This document shows positions 48,643 through 58,886 of a stretch of DNA of 64,000 nucleotides, piece by piece. A model generated the notes under the pieces. That model did not search any database, had not been told where the DNA came from, and worked only from the letters and a program-made list of their open reading frames with translations. Origin of the DNA: Candidatus Latescibacterota bacterium (GTDB lineage Bacteria > Latescibacterota > UBA2968 > GCA-2709665); assembly GCA_963662665.2 (NCBI GenBank), contig CAXXJS010000028.1, forward strand, positions 159,432-223,431, given 5' to 3'. Made by a program: the position numbers and the translations under genes. How positions within the stretch are numbered: position 1 is the stretch's first letter; every line of letters begins with the position of its first letter.

Positions 48643-50007
48643 ATGGATATTCCCAATTGGACTGACGGACACGACGCACGGAACGACCGGACGTCCGATC
48701 TTACGCGAAGGTCGCTGTTGCGTCGAGGCCTTATCGGGCTGTTGGCGTTATCCTGGGGAGGTTGGAAAGACGTCGGGGCCCAGACAGTAGGATCAGACAG
48801 GGATTCAACGGAAACGTTGAGCAGCGGCGGCACTGAAGGCGTATATGACGGCAGAATCGTCCTGGGCATGTCAGCCGCGTTTTCCGGGCCCTCCCGGGGG
48901 CTGGGCAGCGAACTCTACCGGGGCGCCAAATCATACTTCAATCACGTAAATGACAACGGCGGCGTTGGCGGCCGCCAGATCGTCTTCAAGCTGTATGACG
49001 ACGGGTACCAGCCGGTCCCGTGCGTGAAGAACACCATGAGGCTCATGCTGGAAGATCAGGTGTTCCTGTTATTCGGGTACGTCGGCACGCCAACCGTGAC
49101 CCGCGCGCTTCCCCTGCTGAAGAAGTTCCAGGACGAGCGGGTCTATCTGTTTTTCCCGTTTACCGGCGCTCAGCCTCAAAGGGAGCCGCCATACGGGGAT
49201 TTCGCGTTCAACCTCCGCGCGTCCTATCGCCAGGAGACCGCCGGGCTTGTGGACAATTTCGTTCGGACCGGCAGAAAGCGGATCGCCGTTTTCTACCAGG
49301 CCGACGCGTACGGACGCAGCGGATGGGCGGGGGTAAGGGCGGCAATCGAGGCGCACGGCGAACACATCGCCGGCGAGGCGACGTACAGCCGCGGTCAGAG
49401 GTTCACCGGGAGCATGAGGCGGCAGGTTGAAATTTTGCAGAAGGCTTCTCCGGACGCCGTCATCTGCATCGGATCATACGCCGCGTGCGCCGCATTCGCC
49501 CGCGACGCGATCGACCTGGGCCTGAAGGTCCCGATCGCCAATCTCTCGTTCGTCGGCAGCGAGAATCTGCTGCATCTGCTCAGCGAGGACCGTGACGACG
49601 CCGAGGCATACACCCGGTATCTCGTCAATTCCCAGGTTGTGCCCAGCTATGAAGACACTTCCATTCCTGCCGTGAGAGAGTACCGGGAGTTGATGGCGCG
49701 CTACAACCCTGCCGTTCCCGAGGAACTTGTCAAAGAGTCATACAGTCCGTTCGAGCAGAGCTTCGTGAGCCTGGAGGGCTTTCTGGATGCCAAGCTGATG
49801 ACCGAGATTCTCAGGCGTCTGGGAGATAGACCCAACAGGGCGGGGCTGGAGGACGCGGTCTTCTCGGTCCGGGATTTCGATCTCGGCATCGGGGAGCGGG
49901 TTTCTTTCGGACCCGACCGGCGACAGGGACTGCAAACCGTTTACTATACCGTTGTTCAGGACGGCCGATTTGTCACCCTGAACGACTGGGAAAGCTGGCT
50001 TTCGTAA
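48643..50007 (+). CDS. Tat-exported type-1 periplasmic ligand-binding protein
   Basis: TRRSLL twin-arginine signal, GMSAAFSG, YDDGYQP, GYVGTPT, NLRASY, SQVVP. Confidence 0.88.
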   Translation: MDIPNWTDGHDARNDRTSDLTRRSLLRRGLIGLLALSWGGWKDVGAQTVGSDRDSTETLSSGGTEGVYDGRIVLGMSAAFSGPSRGLGSELYRGAKSYFNHVNDNGGVGGRQIVFKLYDDGYQPVPCVKNTMRLMLEDQVFLLFGYVGTPTVTRALPLLKKFQDERVYLFFPFTGAQPQREPPYGDFAFNLRASYRQETAGLVDNFVRTGRKRIAVFYQADAYGRSGWAGVRAAIEAHGEHIAGEATYSRGQRFTGSMRRQVEILQKASPDAVICIGSYAACAAFARDAIDLGLKVPIANLSFVGSENLLHLLSEDRDDAEAYTRYLVNSQVVPSYEDTSIPAVREYRELMARYNPAVPEELVKESYSPFEQSFVSLEGFLDAKLMTEILRRLGDRPNRAGLEDAVFSVRDFDLGIGERVSFGPDRRQGLQTVYYTVVQDGRFVTLNDWESWLS

Positions 50008-50008
50008 T

Positions 50009-50752
50009 ATGAAAATTCAAAGGTTGTTTCAGAAGACCCGGTTCGGCATCTTTGCGCTTTTCGGGCTGATCGTACTGTCCACGTCTTTCCTGTGCATTTA
50101 CACCGTAGACACGCAGTTGTCTGCGGAGTACGCGTCCAACAGCAAAGACATCGCGAAGACCATCGCCAACGCCAGCGTGGACATCCTTCTGAACCGGAAT
50201 CTTGCGACACTGCAGTCGATGATCGATCAGTTCGTCGAGATTCAGGGCATCCGTTACATCTATATTGCCAGTGAAGAGGGCGAATATCTGGCGCATACCT
50301 TCGTACCGGGCATCCCCGAGGAGATTCTGGCGAGCGATCCGTCCAATACCGAACCTGTTGAACGAAGCATACCGGGCCTGGGCGATTTCCTGGAGGTGGG
50401 CAGCCCGATCCTGGCCGGCGTTGCCGGCACGGTACACGTCGGTATGGATTTGGACATCGTGGCCCTAAAGATACAACGCGCCATCGGCCAGCAGGTCATT
50501 CTCATCAGTATCTTTCTTGTTGTTGGCGTCCTGGCGTCGATCTGGCTGGTAAACCTTGCCGCAAAGCCGCTGGGAGGGCTTCTTTCCTACGCGGTGGACC
50601 TGGCAGACGATCGCAAGCGGGAGAAGCCGCAGGACGACGAACTTCTTGCCCGCGACGATGAAGTCGGCGACCTCGCTCGACTGTTCCGGCACGTTTCGGG
50701 AAATTCGCCGGGCGCCGGGGGACCGGAGGGGTCGGCGGAAAAGCCAGGATAA
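50009..50752 (+). CDS. Two-TM sensor-like protein ending in a HAMP domain, no output domain
   Basis: TM1, periplasmic Cache-like region (AHTFVPGIP), TM2, KPL...DDEVGDLARLF, then stop. Confidence 0.8.
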   Translation: MKIQRLFQKTRFGIFALFGLIVLSTSFLCIYTVDTQLSAEYASNSKDIAKTIANASVDILLNRNLATLQSMIDQFVEIQGIRYIYIASEEGEYLAHTFVPGIPEEILASDPSNTEPVERSIPGLGDFLEVGSPILAGVAGTVHVGMDLDIVALKIQRAIGQQVILISIFLVVGVLASIWLVNLAAKPLGGLLSYAVDLADDRKREKPQDDELLARDDEVGDLARLFRHVSGNSPGAGGPEGSAEKPG

Positions 50753-50766
50753 TCGGAGGGCGGGCA

Positions 50767-52071
50767 TTGCGTATTCCAAGAAGCGCTATTGCGGTCTTCT
50801 GCACGGTTCTGCAGGTCTGCTTCGGCACGGTCTACGCCTGGAGTTTTTTCCAGACGATCCTGGTGCATCGGGGCGGCTGGACACATACGGAAACGGCGTG
50901 GGCTTTCAGTATCGCAATTTTTACGCTCGGTGTGTCTGCGGCCTGGGCGGGCAACATGCTCTCCCGGCTGGGACCCAGGTTCCTGGCGGTGACCGGCAGC
51001 ATCCTGTTTTCCGGCGGCTACCTGATCTCCGGGGCCGCGCTTCACATGGATTCCGTTCCGCTCTTCTACCTGGGTTACGGCGTGATTGGCGGCGCAGGCA
51101 TCGGGCTGGGGTACGTGACACCGGTCGCGACCGTTGCGAAGTGGTTCCCCGACCGCAAGGGGCTGGCCACCGGAATCGTGGTCATGGGCTTCGGTGTCGG
51201 CGCCTTCCTGCTTAGCAAGGGACTGGCGCCATTTTTGATCGTAAATACAAAAGGCGCACTACCGCTCGTCTTCGTCTGGCTCGGGATCATATTCGGCGCC
51301 ATCCTAATTCCGTGCAGTCTCGCACTGAGCGATCCTCCTGCGTCCGCTACCCCCGCAGCCAGTGCGGCTGAAGAGGCGCTCGAATACGGAGAACCGGACT
51401 CGGCCGTCACGTATCTCAAGACGACCCAATTCGTGATCATGTGGGTCGTCTTCTTTTTCAATATCGCCGCAGGGATATCGGTCATCAGCTTCCAGTCGGA
51501 AATCCTGCAGGAGATCTGGGGCCTCGCGGACAGCAAGATCGAGCCGACCACGCTGGCCGAATACGGCGCAACACTCATCGCAGTCAGTTCGATCTGCAAT
51601 GGCCTGGGGCGTCTTTTCTGGGGACTGCTTTCCGACAGGTTCGGCAGGGTCACGGTTTTCAGAGTCCTCCTCGCCAGCCAGATGGTTGTCTTCGGCATCT
51701 TGATGACGGAGACCAATCCCTGGATATTCTCAGCCCTGGTCTGCTACGTCCTGCTCTGCTTCGGCGGTGGCTTTGCAACCATGCCGCCCTTCGTCCTTGA
51801 CGTCTTCGGCACCAAAAAGATGTCCACCATCTACGGCGCCGTCCTGACGGCCTGGGCCGCCGCGGGGATCACGGGTCCCCTGTACGTCGGGTACCTTAAG
51901 GATGTATATCCCGACAGAGCGGTGATGTATTGTTTCCTGATAGGGATCCTCATGTTGGGCGCGGGATATCTCTTCACGTACCTGCTGAACGACGGCAGGA
52001 TTCGCCTGGGGCGTCCCACGCTTGCGACTACGCTGCATCGATACGGGATTCCGTTACCTGGGAAGTCCTGA
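50767..52071 (+). CDS. OFA-family (oxalate/formate antiporter-like) MFS transporter
   Basis: GTVYAWS, GLGYVTPV...KWFPDRKGLATG, NGLGRLFWG, GGGFATMP. Confidence 0.9.
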   Translation: MRIPRSAIAVFCTVLQVCFGTVYAWSFFQTILVHRGGWTHTETAWAFSIAIFTLGVSAAWAGNMLSRLGPRFLAVTGSILFSGGYLISGAALHMDSVPLFYLGYGVIGGAGIGLGYVTPVATVAKWFPDRKGLATGIVVMGFGVGAFLLSKGLAPFLIVNTKGALPLVFVWLGIIFGAILIPCSLALSDPPASATPAASAAEEALEYGEPDSAVTYLKTTQFVIMWVVFFFNIAAGISVISFQSEILQEIWGLADSKIEPTTLAEYGATLIAVSSICNGLGRLFWGLLSDRFGRVTVFRVLLASQMVVFGILMTETNPWIFSALVCYVLLCFGGGFATMPPFVLDVFGTKKMSTIYGAVLTAWAAAGITGPLYVGYLKDVYPDRAVMYCFLIGILMLGAGYLFTYLLNDGRIRLGRPTLATTLHRYGIPLPGKS

Positions 52072-52268
52072 GCGCGACTGCGTTTAGAACGGCGCATGGC
52101 CATGCCGGCACAGGCGTAGCAAGCAGCTTTGGTTGAGACATTGCCCGGAGCAGACGATGACGAGTCGCCAACGCCCGCTGCGCGGAACGATTGTGAACCC
52201 GGTCCCGATAACTCGAGAATAAAGCTGTAGAATACCTCCCTCGAATCGCCAGCCCTTGAATTCCCGGA

Positions 52269-53051
52269 CTATTCTTCCTTTCCGATATCCATAAGAATCT
52301 CACGGCCGTTCAGAGACTGTACCGGACGGTTATTTTTATGAACGACAGCTTTGAAAGCGGCAATCTGCGCCTCCGACAGTTCAATGGGGGTCGCCATGAC
52401 AATCCAGTTGACGTCCTCGGTGCAGGGCGGTGTCGTAAGGGAACCGTCATACCGGTAGGAGCGCTTGCTTCGCGGCAGCAGATCGCCGATGTTGACAGGG
52501 GCGCCGTCAATGTGTTTATTCTCGCCCGGCGCGTGCGGCAAATGTGCTCGAATCCGATCGAACGCGATGAGCGGGTTTCCCTTCTCGATCAGCACACCGA
52601 TAACCACCAGTGCGCCTTTTTCGTTCCGGTGTACGAGGTGCATCTCCATGTCGAATGATTTTCCGTCCACCGTGTGTTCGGACGGCGCGTGGAAATGGAA
52701 TTGCAGCAGGCTGAATGTATCACCGCCAACTTCGATCCAGTTTTCCGCGGAGGGCGTCACCTCGATGGTGTGCCCGGTATTCCGGATATCCAGCGCGGCT
52801 GGCCGGTAGTCGAAGACAACCGCAGGGAGCCTTGCCGCCGTTGGATCACGAAGGTCGACGGGAGACTGACGCGTCCCGTTGGCGCAAAGCGCATATTCGG
52901 GGCTCAACCTGCCCCAGACGTCCGGACCGTTACCGGCGTCGTACCCCCAGGCAACCTTGTCCGGATGGGATGGCGGATTTTCTGAATCTGTACAGGAAGT
53001 CGTCGAGACGCAGACGATACACATAAGGATCTCCAGTTTGAATTTGTACAT
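52269..53051 (-). CDS. Alpha-class carbonic anhydrase (probable lipoprotein)
   Basis: QSPVD, QFHFHAPSEH, EMHLVH, GSLTTPPCTE, NNRPVQ. Confidence 0.95.
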   Translation of the reverse strand: MYKFKLEILMCIVCVSTTSCTDSENPPSHPDKVAWGYDAGNGPDVWGRLSPEYALCANGTRQSPVDLRDPTAARLPAVVFDYRPAALDIRNTGHTIEVTPSAENWIEVGGDTFSLLQFHFHAPSEHTVDGKSFDMEMHLVHRNEKGALVVIGVLIEKGNPLIAFDRIRAHLPHAPGENKHIDGAPVNIGDLLPRSKRSYRYDGSLTTPPCTEDVNWIVMATPIELSEAQIAAFKAVVHKNNRPVQSLNGREILMDIGKEE

Positions 53052-53152
53052 ATTGCCTCTTTTGTGGAGGACGATTCGATTGCTGACGTTTGGTACGCCG
53101 GTCGGTAAGACTCTCGAATTGCGCATCCAATATAACGCAACAGGTTAACGCA

Positions 53153-53926
53153 ATGAAAACTGTATACGCAGGCATTGTGGGCGTTTTGCTCCTGACCGTT
53201 CCAACCGCGGCGGTCGCGCAGACCGAATTTCACCTTCAATACGGCTCACACGTGAATCCATTCTCGGGGTCCGACCAATGGACGCTCGTGTTTACCGTGC
53301 AGAACGCCTCGAGATGGAAATTGGGCGACAGTTTCTTTTTCCTGGATTACATTGACGACAGCGGCAGCGACGGATTCAACGACAGGGATTTTTATTCCGA
53401 GTGGTATCCTACACTGAGTTTCGGCAAGCTGGCGAAAAAGGACGTGCGCCTGGGACCCATTCGGGACGTCGCCATGGTAGCCGGCGTCAACGCGGGGGGT
53501 GATGCCAAGGTATTGAAATACCTGCCGGGCGTGAGGGCCTCCTGGAGTGTGCCGGGATTCCTGTTTCTGAATACGGATCTGACGGCCTATATTGACGACA
53601 ACACCGGCGTGGACGGCGGCGGCGCCCCGAAGACCGGCAACAGCTTCATGTTCGACGTGAGCTGGCTGCTGCCCATCGAAGCGGGCGAGCAATCATTCAC
53701 GTTCACGGGGCATGCCGAATACATCGGCGGTCGTTTCAACGAATTTGGAGAAGACGTCAACGGGTCGATCCTGGCGCAGCCGCAGCTGGTGTGGGACGTG
53801 GGCAAGGCGATGGCTGGCGAAGCCAACCAGTTCATGGTCGGCGTAGAGTTCCAATATTGGCGGAATAAGCTCGGAACGGACGAAGACGAAATGACCGCGC
53901 AGATCCTCGTGGTCTGGCGCATGTGA
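53153..53926 (+). CDS. Tsx-like nucleoside channel outer-membrane protein
   Basis: Signal peptide, WKLGDSFFFLD, QPQLVWD, GVEFQYWRNKLG. Confidence 0.75.
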   Translation: MKTVYAGIVGVLLLTVPTAAVAQTEFHLQYGSHVNPFSGSDQWTLVFTVQNASRWKLGDSFFFLDYIDDSGSDGFNDRDFYSEWYPTLSFGKLAKKDVRLGPIRDVAMVAGVNAGGDAKVLKYLPGVRASWSVPGFLFLNTDLTAYIDDNTGVDGGGAPKTGNSFMFDVSWLLPIEAGEQSFTFTGHAEYIGGRFNEFGEDVNGSILAQPQLVWDVGKAMAGEANQFMVGVEFQYWRNKLGTDEDEMTAQILVVWRM

Positions 53927-53949
53927 CGCAGCCCGACAGGGAGAGATCA

Positions 53950-55692
53950 ATGCCTGAAGAAAAAACCGCTACAAGCGATACCATCCGGTATGAACCGGAC
54001 GAACGGCCCCCGCACTCCGTTGCCGCAGCGGTGGGCTTCCAGGCGGCGGTTGTCGTCCTGGCGCCGGTGGTGCTCAGCGCTGTGATTATCGGACGGGCGG
54101 GGAATCAACCGGAAAGTTACCTGAACTGGATTGCCTTCGCGGCGCTGGTGGTCAGCGGCATTAGCACGGTCCTGCAGGCGGTGAGGGTTGGGCGGATCGG
54201 GGCGGGCCACGTGCTCATTATGGGTACGTCCGGCGCCTTCATCGCGGTGTGTATTACCGCGCTGGTTAAGGGCGGGCCGGCCCTCATGGCGAGTCTGATC
54301 GTGGTATCCTCGCTGTTTCAGTTCGCCCTGGCCGCCAAGCTTTCGCTACTTCGCAGGATTATTACGCCGGTCGTCGCCGGAACCGTGATCATGCTGATCG
54401 CCGTCACAGTGATGCCGGTTATCTTCGGCCTCCTGACCGACGTGCCGGAGGGGACGCCGGTGGCCGCGCCGCCGGCCGCCGCCGCCGCGGCGTTTGTGAC
54501 CCTAGTCGTGCTGGCATTGCGGGCCCCCGTGTCCTTGAGGCTCTGGGCGCCGCTGATAGGGATTGGCGTGGGATGCGTGGTCGCCGCCATGTTCGGTCTG
54601 TACGACGTGCGTCCGGTTATCGAGGCGCCCTGGATCGGCTTTCCCAATTACGCCTGGCCGGGGCTGGATCTCTCGATGAGCGCGGAGTTCTGGGCCCTGC
54701 TTCCTGCATTCGTGGTGGTGACGGTCGTCGGGGCGATCGAGACCGTTGGCGACGGCGTTGCCATACAGCGGGTCTCCCGGCGCCGACCCCGGGCAACCGA
54801 CTTTCGCCTGGTCCAGGGGGCGCTCAACGCGGACGGGATGGGCAACCTTCTCTCGGGTCTCATCGGTACGCCTCCGAATACGACCTATTCCACCAGCATA
54901 TCGCTTGCCGAACTGACCGGCGTCGCGGCGCGCCGCGTCGGGATTTATATCGGCGTCATCTTTGTCCTTCTTGCGCTGTCTCCCAAGGTAACGGCTCTCG
55001 TGATCGCCATTCCCAATCCCGTCGGCGCGGCCTACGTTACGCTTCTGATAGGCCTGCTTTTTGTCCAGGGCATGAAGCTGATTGTCGAGGATGGCCTCGA
55101 TCATCGAAAGGCCACGGTGGTGGGCATCTCGTTCTGGCTGGGTGTGGGTTTTCAGGGCCAGGTGATCTTCCCGGACTTGCTTGACGGAACTTGGGGGACG
55201 TTGCTCGGCAACGGGATGACCGCGGGCGGCATTGCGGCAATCCTGCTGACCGCGTTCATGGAACTGACGGCGCGACGCCGGAAGCGTCTGGAGGTTGAAT
55301 TGTCCACCGCCTCGCTCCCTGGAATCGATGCGTTTCTGCGAAAATATTCGGCAGGCAACGGATGGACTGAACCGGCCACCGACCGGCTTTGCGCAGCGGG
55401 GGAAGAGACCCTGTCGATTCTGATTCAACAGGCCCGGGAGAATGCGACGGAGGAGGGGCGGCTCCTGGCGGTCACCGCTCGGGTTGTCGAGGGGACGACG
55501 GAACTGGAGTTTCTGGCGGCTGCGGCGGGAGAGAATCTGGAAGACAGGCTTGCCTATCTGAGCGAACAGCCCGAGATCCTGGACGAACACGAAATCTCGT
55601 TCCGCCTGTTACGACACTACGCGTCGACGGTGCGTCACCAGAAGTATCATGACCTGGACATCGTTACCGTGAGGGTGGAGGAAACGTCGTAA
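53950..55692 (+). CDS. NCS2 (xanthine/uracil) permease with ~140-aa C-terminal extra domain
   Basis: YEPDERPP, MGTSGAFI, ITPVVAG, ETVGD, PPNTTYS. Confidence 0.88.
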   Translation: MPEEKTATSDTIRYEPDERPPHSVAAAVGFQAAVVVLAPVVLSAVIIGRAGNQPESYLNWIAFAALVVSGISTVLQAVRVGRIGAGHVLIMGTSGAFIAVCITALVKGGPALMASLIVVSSLFQFALAAKLSLLRRIITPVVAGTVIMLIAVTVMPVIFGLLTDVPEGTPVAAPPAAAAAAFVTLVVLALRAPVSLRLWAPLIGIGVGCVVAAMFGLYDVRPVIEAPWIGFPNYAWPGLDLSMSAEFWALLPAFVVVTVVGAIETVGDGVAIQRVSRRRPRATDFRLVQGALNADGMGNLLSGLIGTPPNTTYSTSISLAELTGVAARRVGIYIGVIFVLLALSPKVTALVIAIPNPVGAAYVTLLIGLLFVQGMKLIVEDGLDHRKATVVGISFWLGVGFQGQVIFPDLLDGTWGTLLGNGMTAGGIAAILLTAFMELTARRRKRLEVELSTASLPGIDAFLRKYSAGNGWTEPATDRLCAAGEETLSILIQQARENATEEGRLLAVTARVVEGTTELEFLAAAAGENLEDRLAYLSEQPEILDEHEISFRLLRHYASTVRHQKYHDLDIVTVRVEETS

Positions 55693-55743
55693 TTGCGGCA
55701 AATGGGATCACAGTACCGGGCAGACGGGATGCGGGACAGGACG

Positions 55744-56406
55744 CTAATAGGGCCGCATCTGTACGGCGAGTGCAAGCGACAGTTCAATTTCAGTGATCGC
55801 CCGGAACGTTGCCTGCCCGATCAGATCGAGCTTCCGTACCTGGTTGATGCGGGGAGCGACGCGCGTCAGCTCTCTGGCGGACAATATCTGGCTGAAAAGG
55901 TTGCAGGCGTGCGCGAGGCTGATGATTACCACGTCGCGTGGGTCGGGGATCTCGTCGCTGAAAAGGATCTCCAGAATTCTGAGCTTGACCTCCCGTTCGG
56001 CCTGGTCGTCCACAACGGGATATCGCCGCGACCGGAAGACCCACAGAAACCGGTCATCGCGGCGTTCCAGGATGCCTTTTTCCACCAGCCGGTCCAGACA
56101 CTGCTCGCGAATACCCGCAGCACTGCGAATGGCGGTGCGTTCCACCCAGAAGCGCGCGTCGTGGGTTTCGGTCGTTTGCGAAACGTCCGCAAGCGTCGGA
56201 TCGAGAAGGCTGTCCCCAACGGGGGTCGAATCCACCAGGACAAGCTTCTGAGGATCGGTGTCGATACGGTTTTCCATTGCCAGGTCCATCAGCACCCCGC
56301 CGGCAAGCGCATAGCGCAATGACTGATTCGGCACACGGGCAAATTTCCCGTTCTCGTCGTCGAGTATGAGAAGCAGGAGTTCTTCGGGGAATCTCAGCAT
56401 CTTCAT
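55744..56406 (-). CDS. GPP34/GOLPH3-family protein
   Basis: EELLLLILDD, LAGGVLMDL, GDSLLD, LVEKGIL...FLWVF...RYP. Confidence 0.88.
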   Translation of the reverse strand: MKMLRFPEELLLLILDDENGKFARVPNQSLRYALAGGVLMDLAMENRIDTDPQKLVLVDSTPVGDSLLDPTLADVSQTTETHDARFWVERTAIRSAAGIREQCLDRLVEKGILERRDDRFLWVFRSRRYPVVDDQAEREVKLRILEILFSDEIPDPRDVVIISLAHACNLFSQILSARELTRVAPRINQVRKLDLIGQATFRAITEIELSLALAVQMRPY

Positions 56407-56663
56407 TTCCTTTCTTGAATGGAAGTAGATATTCAATATAAATGATACGGCAAGTTGGCGCATTGTCAAGCCTGCGACCTCACCCTCCGCCCCCTGCCGC
56501 GGGGTAGACGTTAGACGGGAGATGATTTGAGTGCCGGTTCGGTTTCATATCTTGCCGGAGGCATAAAAGGAAGAGTCAATCGGGCAAGGACGTCTTCTAC
56601 CGTCTCCCGGCTTACGTCTTACCGCCCTCAAACGACCTGACAGGACACTAAGGGCACGATGCG

Positions 56664-58286
56664 ATGAAATGTGACTTGAATGCGCTGCGGGGCGACATAT
56701 ATGGCGGCGTCATGGCAACCGCGGCGGCGCTGCCCGTGGCGTTGGCCCTGGGCGTCGCCTCGGGAATGGGCGCGGCGGCCGGAATGTACGGGGCGATCGC
56801 GGTGGGCTTCTTTGCGACGGTATTCGGCGGTACACGGACGCAAATATCGGGCCCCACGGCGCCGATGACCGTCGGACTGGTCGTTATTGTCTCCAGCTAC
56901 ACTTCCAACCTGACCGAGGCGCTGACAGTCGTCGTCATGGCCGGTCTGCTTCAGGTACTCCTTGGTGTGTCGAGGATCGGCCGTTTCATCGCCTATACGC
57001 CGTATGTGGTCACCTCCGGGCTCATGGCGGGGGTTGGGATCATTATCATGGTGATTCACATCCTGCCGTTTCTCGGGTTCCCGACGGCGCCGGGAGGCTT
57101 CGTCGGCACGATTCGCGCCGTGTCCGATGCGGTGGACAACGTCAATTACAACGCGTTGGCTATCGCGGCCGTCGCGCTCGCCGCCGGAGTGCTCTGGCCA
57201 CGCCGTTTGGCGCGGTACCTTCCGGGCCCCCTGCCAGCGCTCGTTGCAGGGACCCTGCTGGGCGTTTTCTGGCTGGAGGACGTGCCGGTCATCGGAGCGA
57301 TACCCGCCGGCCTGCCCGATCTGCAACTGACGCTTCCCACGGTCTCCTTTCTGATGATGGCGCTGGAACCTGCGCTCATCCTCGCGCTTCTCGGTTCGGT
57401 AGACAGCCTCCGCGCTTCTCTGGTCGCGGATTCGCTGACCGGTACCAGGCACAATCCGAGCCGGGAACTGGTGGGGCAGGGTATCGGCAATATGGTCTCG
57501 GGACTGTTCGGGGGCCTTCCCGGCGCGGGGTCGACGACCGGAACCGCAGTCAATATACGTGCCGGAGGCAAAACATCCGTCTCGGGTGCGCTATATGCGG
57601 TACTCATGCTCGGTCTCCTGATCGGTCTCGGTCGGTACGTGGAGCAGGTTCCCCTCGCCGTTCTCGGGGGCATTCTGTTGAAAGTCGGATGGGACGTCAT
57701 AGACTGGCGTCTTCTTGTACGCGTACACCGCCTGCGGCGCGAGCATCTCATCGTCTTGATGATTACGCTTGGGCTGACGCTGTCTGTCGATCTGGTAACG
57801 GCCGTGGCGATCGGCCTGATCGCCGCCGCGATGGCGCACGCCCGGCAATTGGAGCGTCTGGAGCTGGACAGCGTGGTTTCCATGCCGATGCTGGACCGGA
57901 CGTTCTTTTCAGAAGAGGATGACATCGACGTGGCCGCCTTCAGCCCGGACTCGGCCCGCGTGGGGCTGGTGGCGCTGAGTGGAAGCCTCACCGTCGCATC
58001 GTCCCACAAGCTGGCCGGCGTGATCGGTGCGAACGTCAAGGAACACGACGTGGTGATCCTGGACTTTTCCGGGGCCACGTATCTCGACGACAGCGCAGCC
58101 ATGGCTATCGGACAGCTCATGGGAATCGCCAGAGGCGAGCAGACCGAATGCATTGTGATGGGACTCTCCGGCCTGGTTCCGAGAACCCTGCACGCGCTGG
58201 GCATCTTGAAACATCTACCCAGGCATCGCGTAGTCGAAACGCTGGACGAGGCGCGCCAGGTTGCAAGGAGTATAATCGGGCTCTAA
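56664..58286 (+). CDS. SulP/SLC26 anion transporter with STAS domain
   Basis: LPVALALG, FGGTRTQISGPTAPM, ELVGQGIGN, ILDFSGATYLDDSA. Confidence 0.93.
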   Translation: MKCDLNALRGDIYGGVMATAAALPVALALGVASGMGAAAGMYGAIAVGFFATVFGGTRTQISGPTAPMTVGLVVIVSSYTSNLTEALTVVVMAGLLQVLLGVSRIGRFIAYTPYVVTSGLMAGVGIIIMVIHILPFLGFPTAPGGFVGTIRAVSDAVDNVNYNALAIAAVALAAGVLWPRRLARYLPGPLPALVAGTLLGVFWLEDVPVIGAIPAGLPDLQLTLPTVSFLMMALEPALILALLGSVDSLRASLVADSLTGTRHNPSRELVGQGIGNMVSGLFGGLPGAGSTTGTAVNIRAGGKTSVSGALYAVLMLGLLIGLGRYVEQVPLAVLGGILLKVGWDVIDWRLLVRVHRLRREHLIVLMITLGLTLSVDLVTAVAIGLIAAAMAHARQLERLELDSVVSMPMLDRTFFSEEDDIDVAAFSPDSARVGLVALSGSLTVASSHKLAGVIGANVKEHDVVILDFSGATYLDDSAAMAIGQLMGIARGEQTECIVMGLSGLVPRTLHALGILKHLPRHRVVETLDEARQVARSIIGL

Positions 58287-58353
58287 CGACAGACCCGAAA
58301 AGAAAGAATTGGCGCCTGTACACTGAGCCGTTTGACGGGAATCGAAACGCTGG

Positions 58354-58412
58354 CGCTTCGACGATTCGACAAGCTCAACGCACGCAAGTTCAATGCAGGC
58401 GAGCTCAGCGTC
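58354..58412 (+). repeat. Nested TTCGACAAGCTCA REP-like repeat
   Basis: GCTTCGAC-GATTCGACAAGCTCAACGCA-CGCAAGTTCAATGCA-GGCGAGCTCAGC. Confidence 0.6.
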
Positions 58413-58886
58413 TGCATTGCGACGGGCTCAGAATGACCGATGTAAAGCGATGGATGAATCGAGGGATGAACGGTAACTCAGAAACGGGCCGCCGGAATCA
58501 GACCAGTCGCTCGTGCCTTCGGGAGAGGGCGCCAGCAATTGCACCTGGCAGGAGGAGTCCGGGATCAGGGCCGCAATCCTTGCGGTACGGTCGGCGCTGT
58601 TGTGCGTCCATGAGCGCAAGCCACCGCTGTCCCTATCGGATTTTGACAAAGAAATTCCTGTAGGCCCTTGTGTACAGGCAAAATGGACTTATATTATATT
58701 ACGCATAGGCAGCACCGTTCATTTAAGCACTGGGGCGGGGAGCGGCGTTGTTTAGTCTGATTTATTCATTTATATATCCGTCAACGAGTCAGGAGCCATT
58801 TGAGACGGTCGCGTCTTTTGCGCTCGTTGCGTACATCTTTCTGGCTCTTTTTCGCTGGGTAATCCACAACATAGGGAGGGTTTGCT

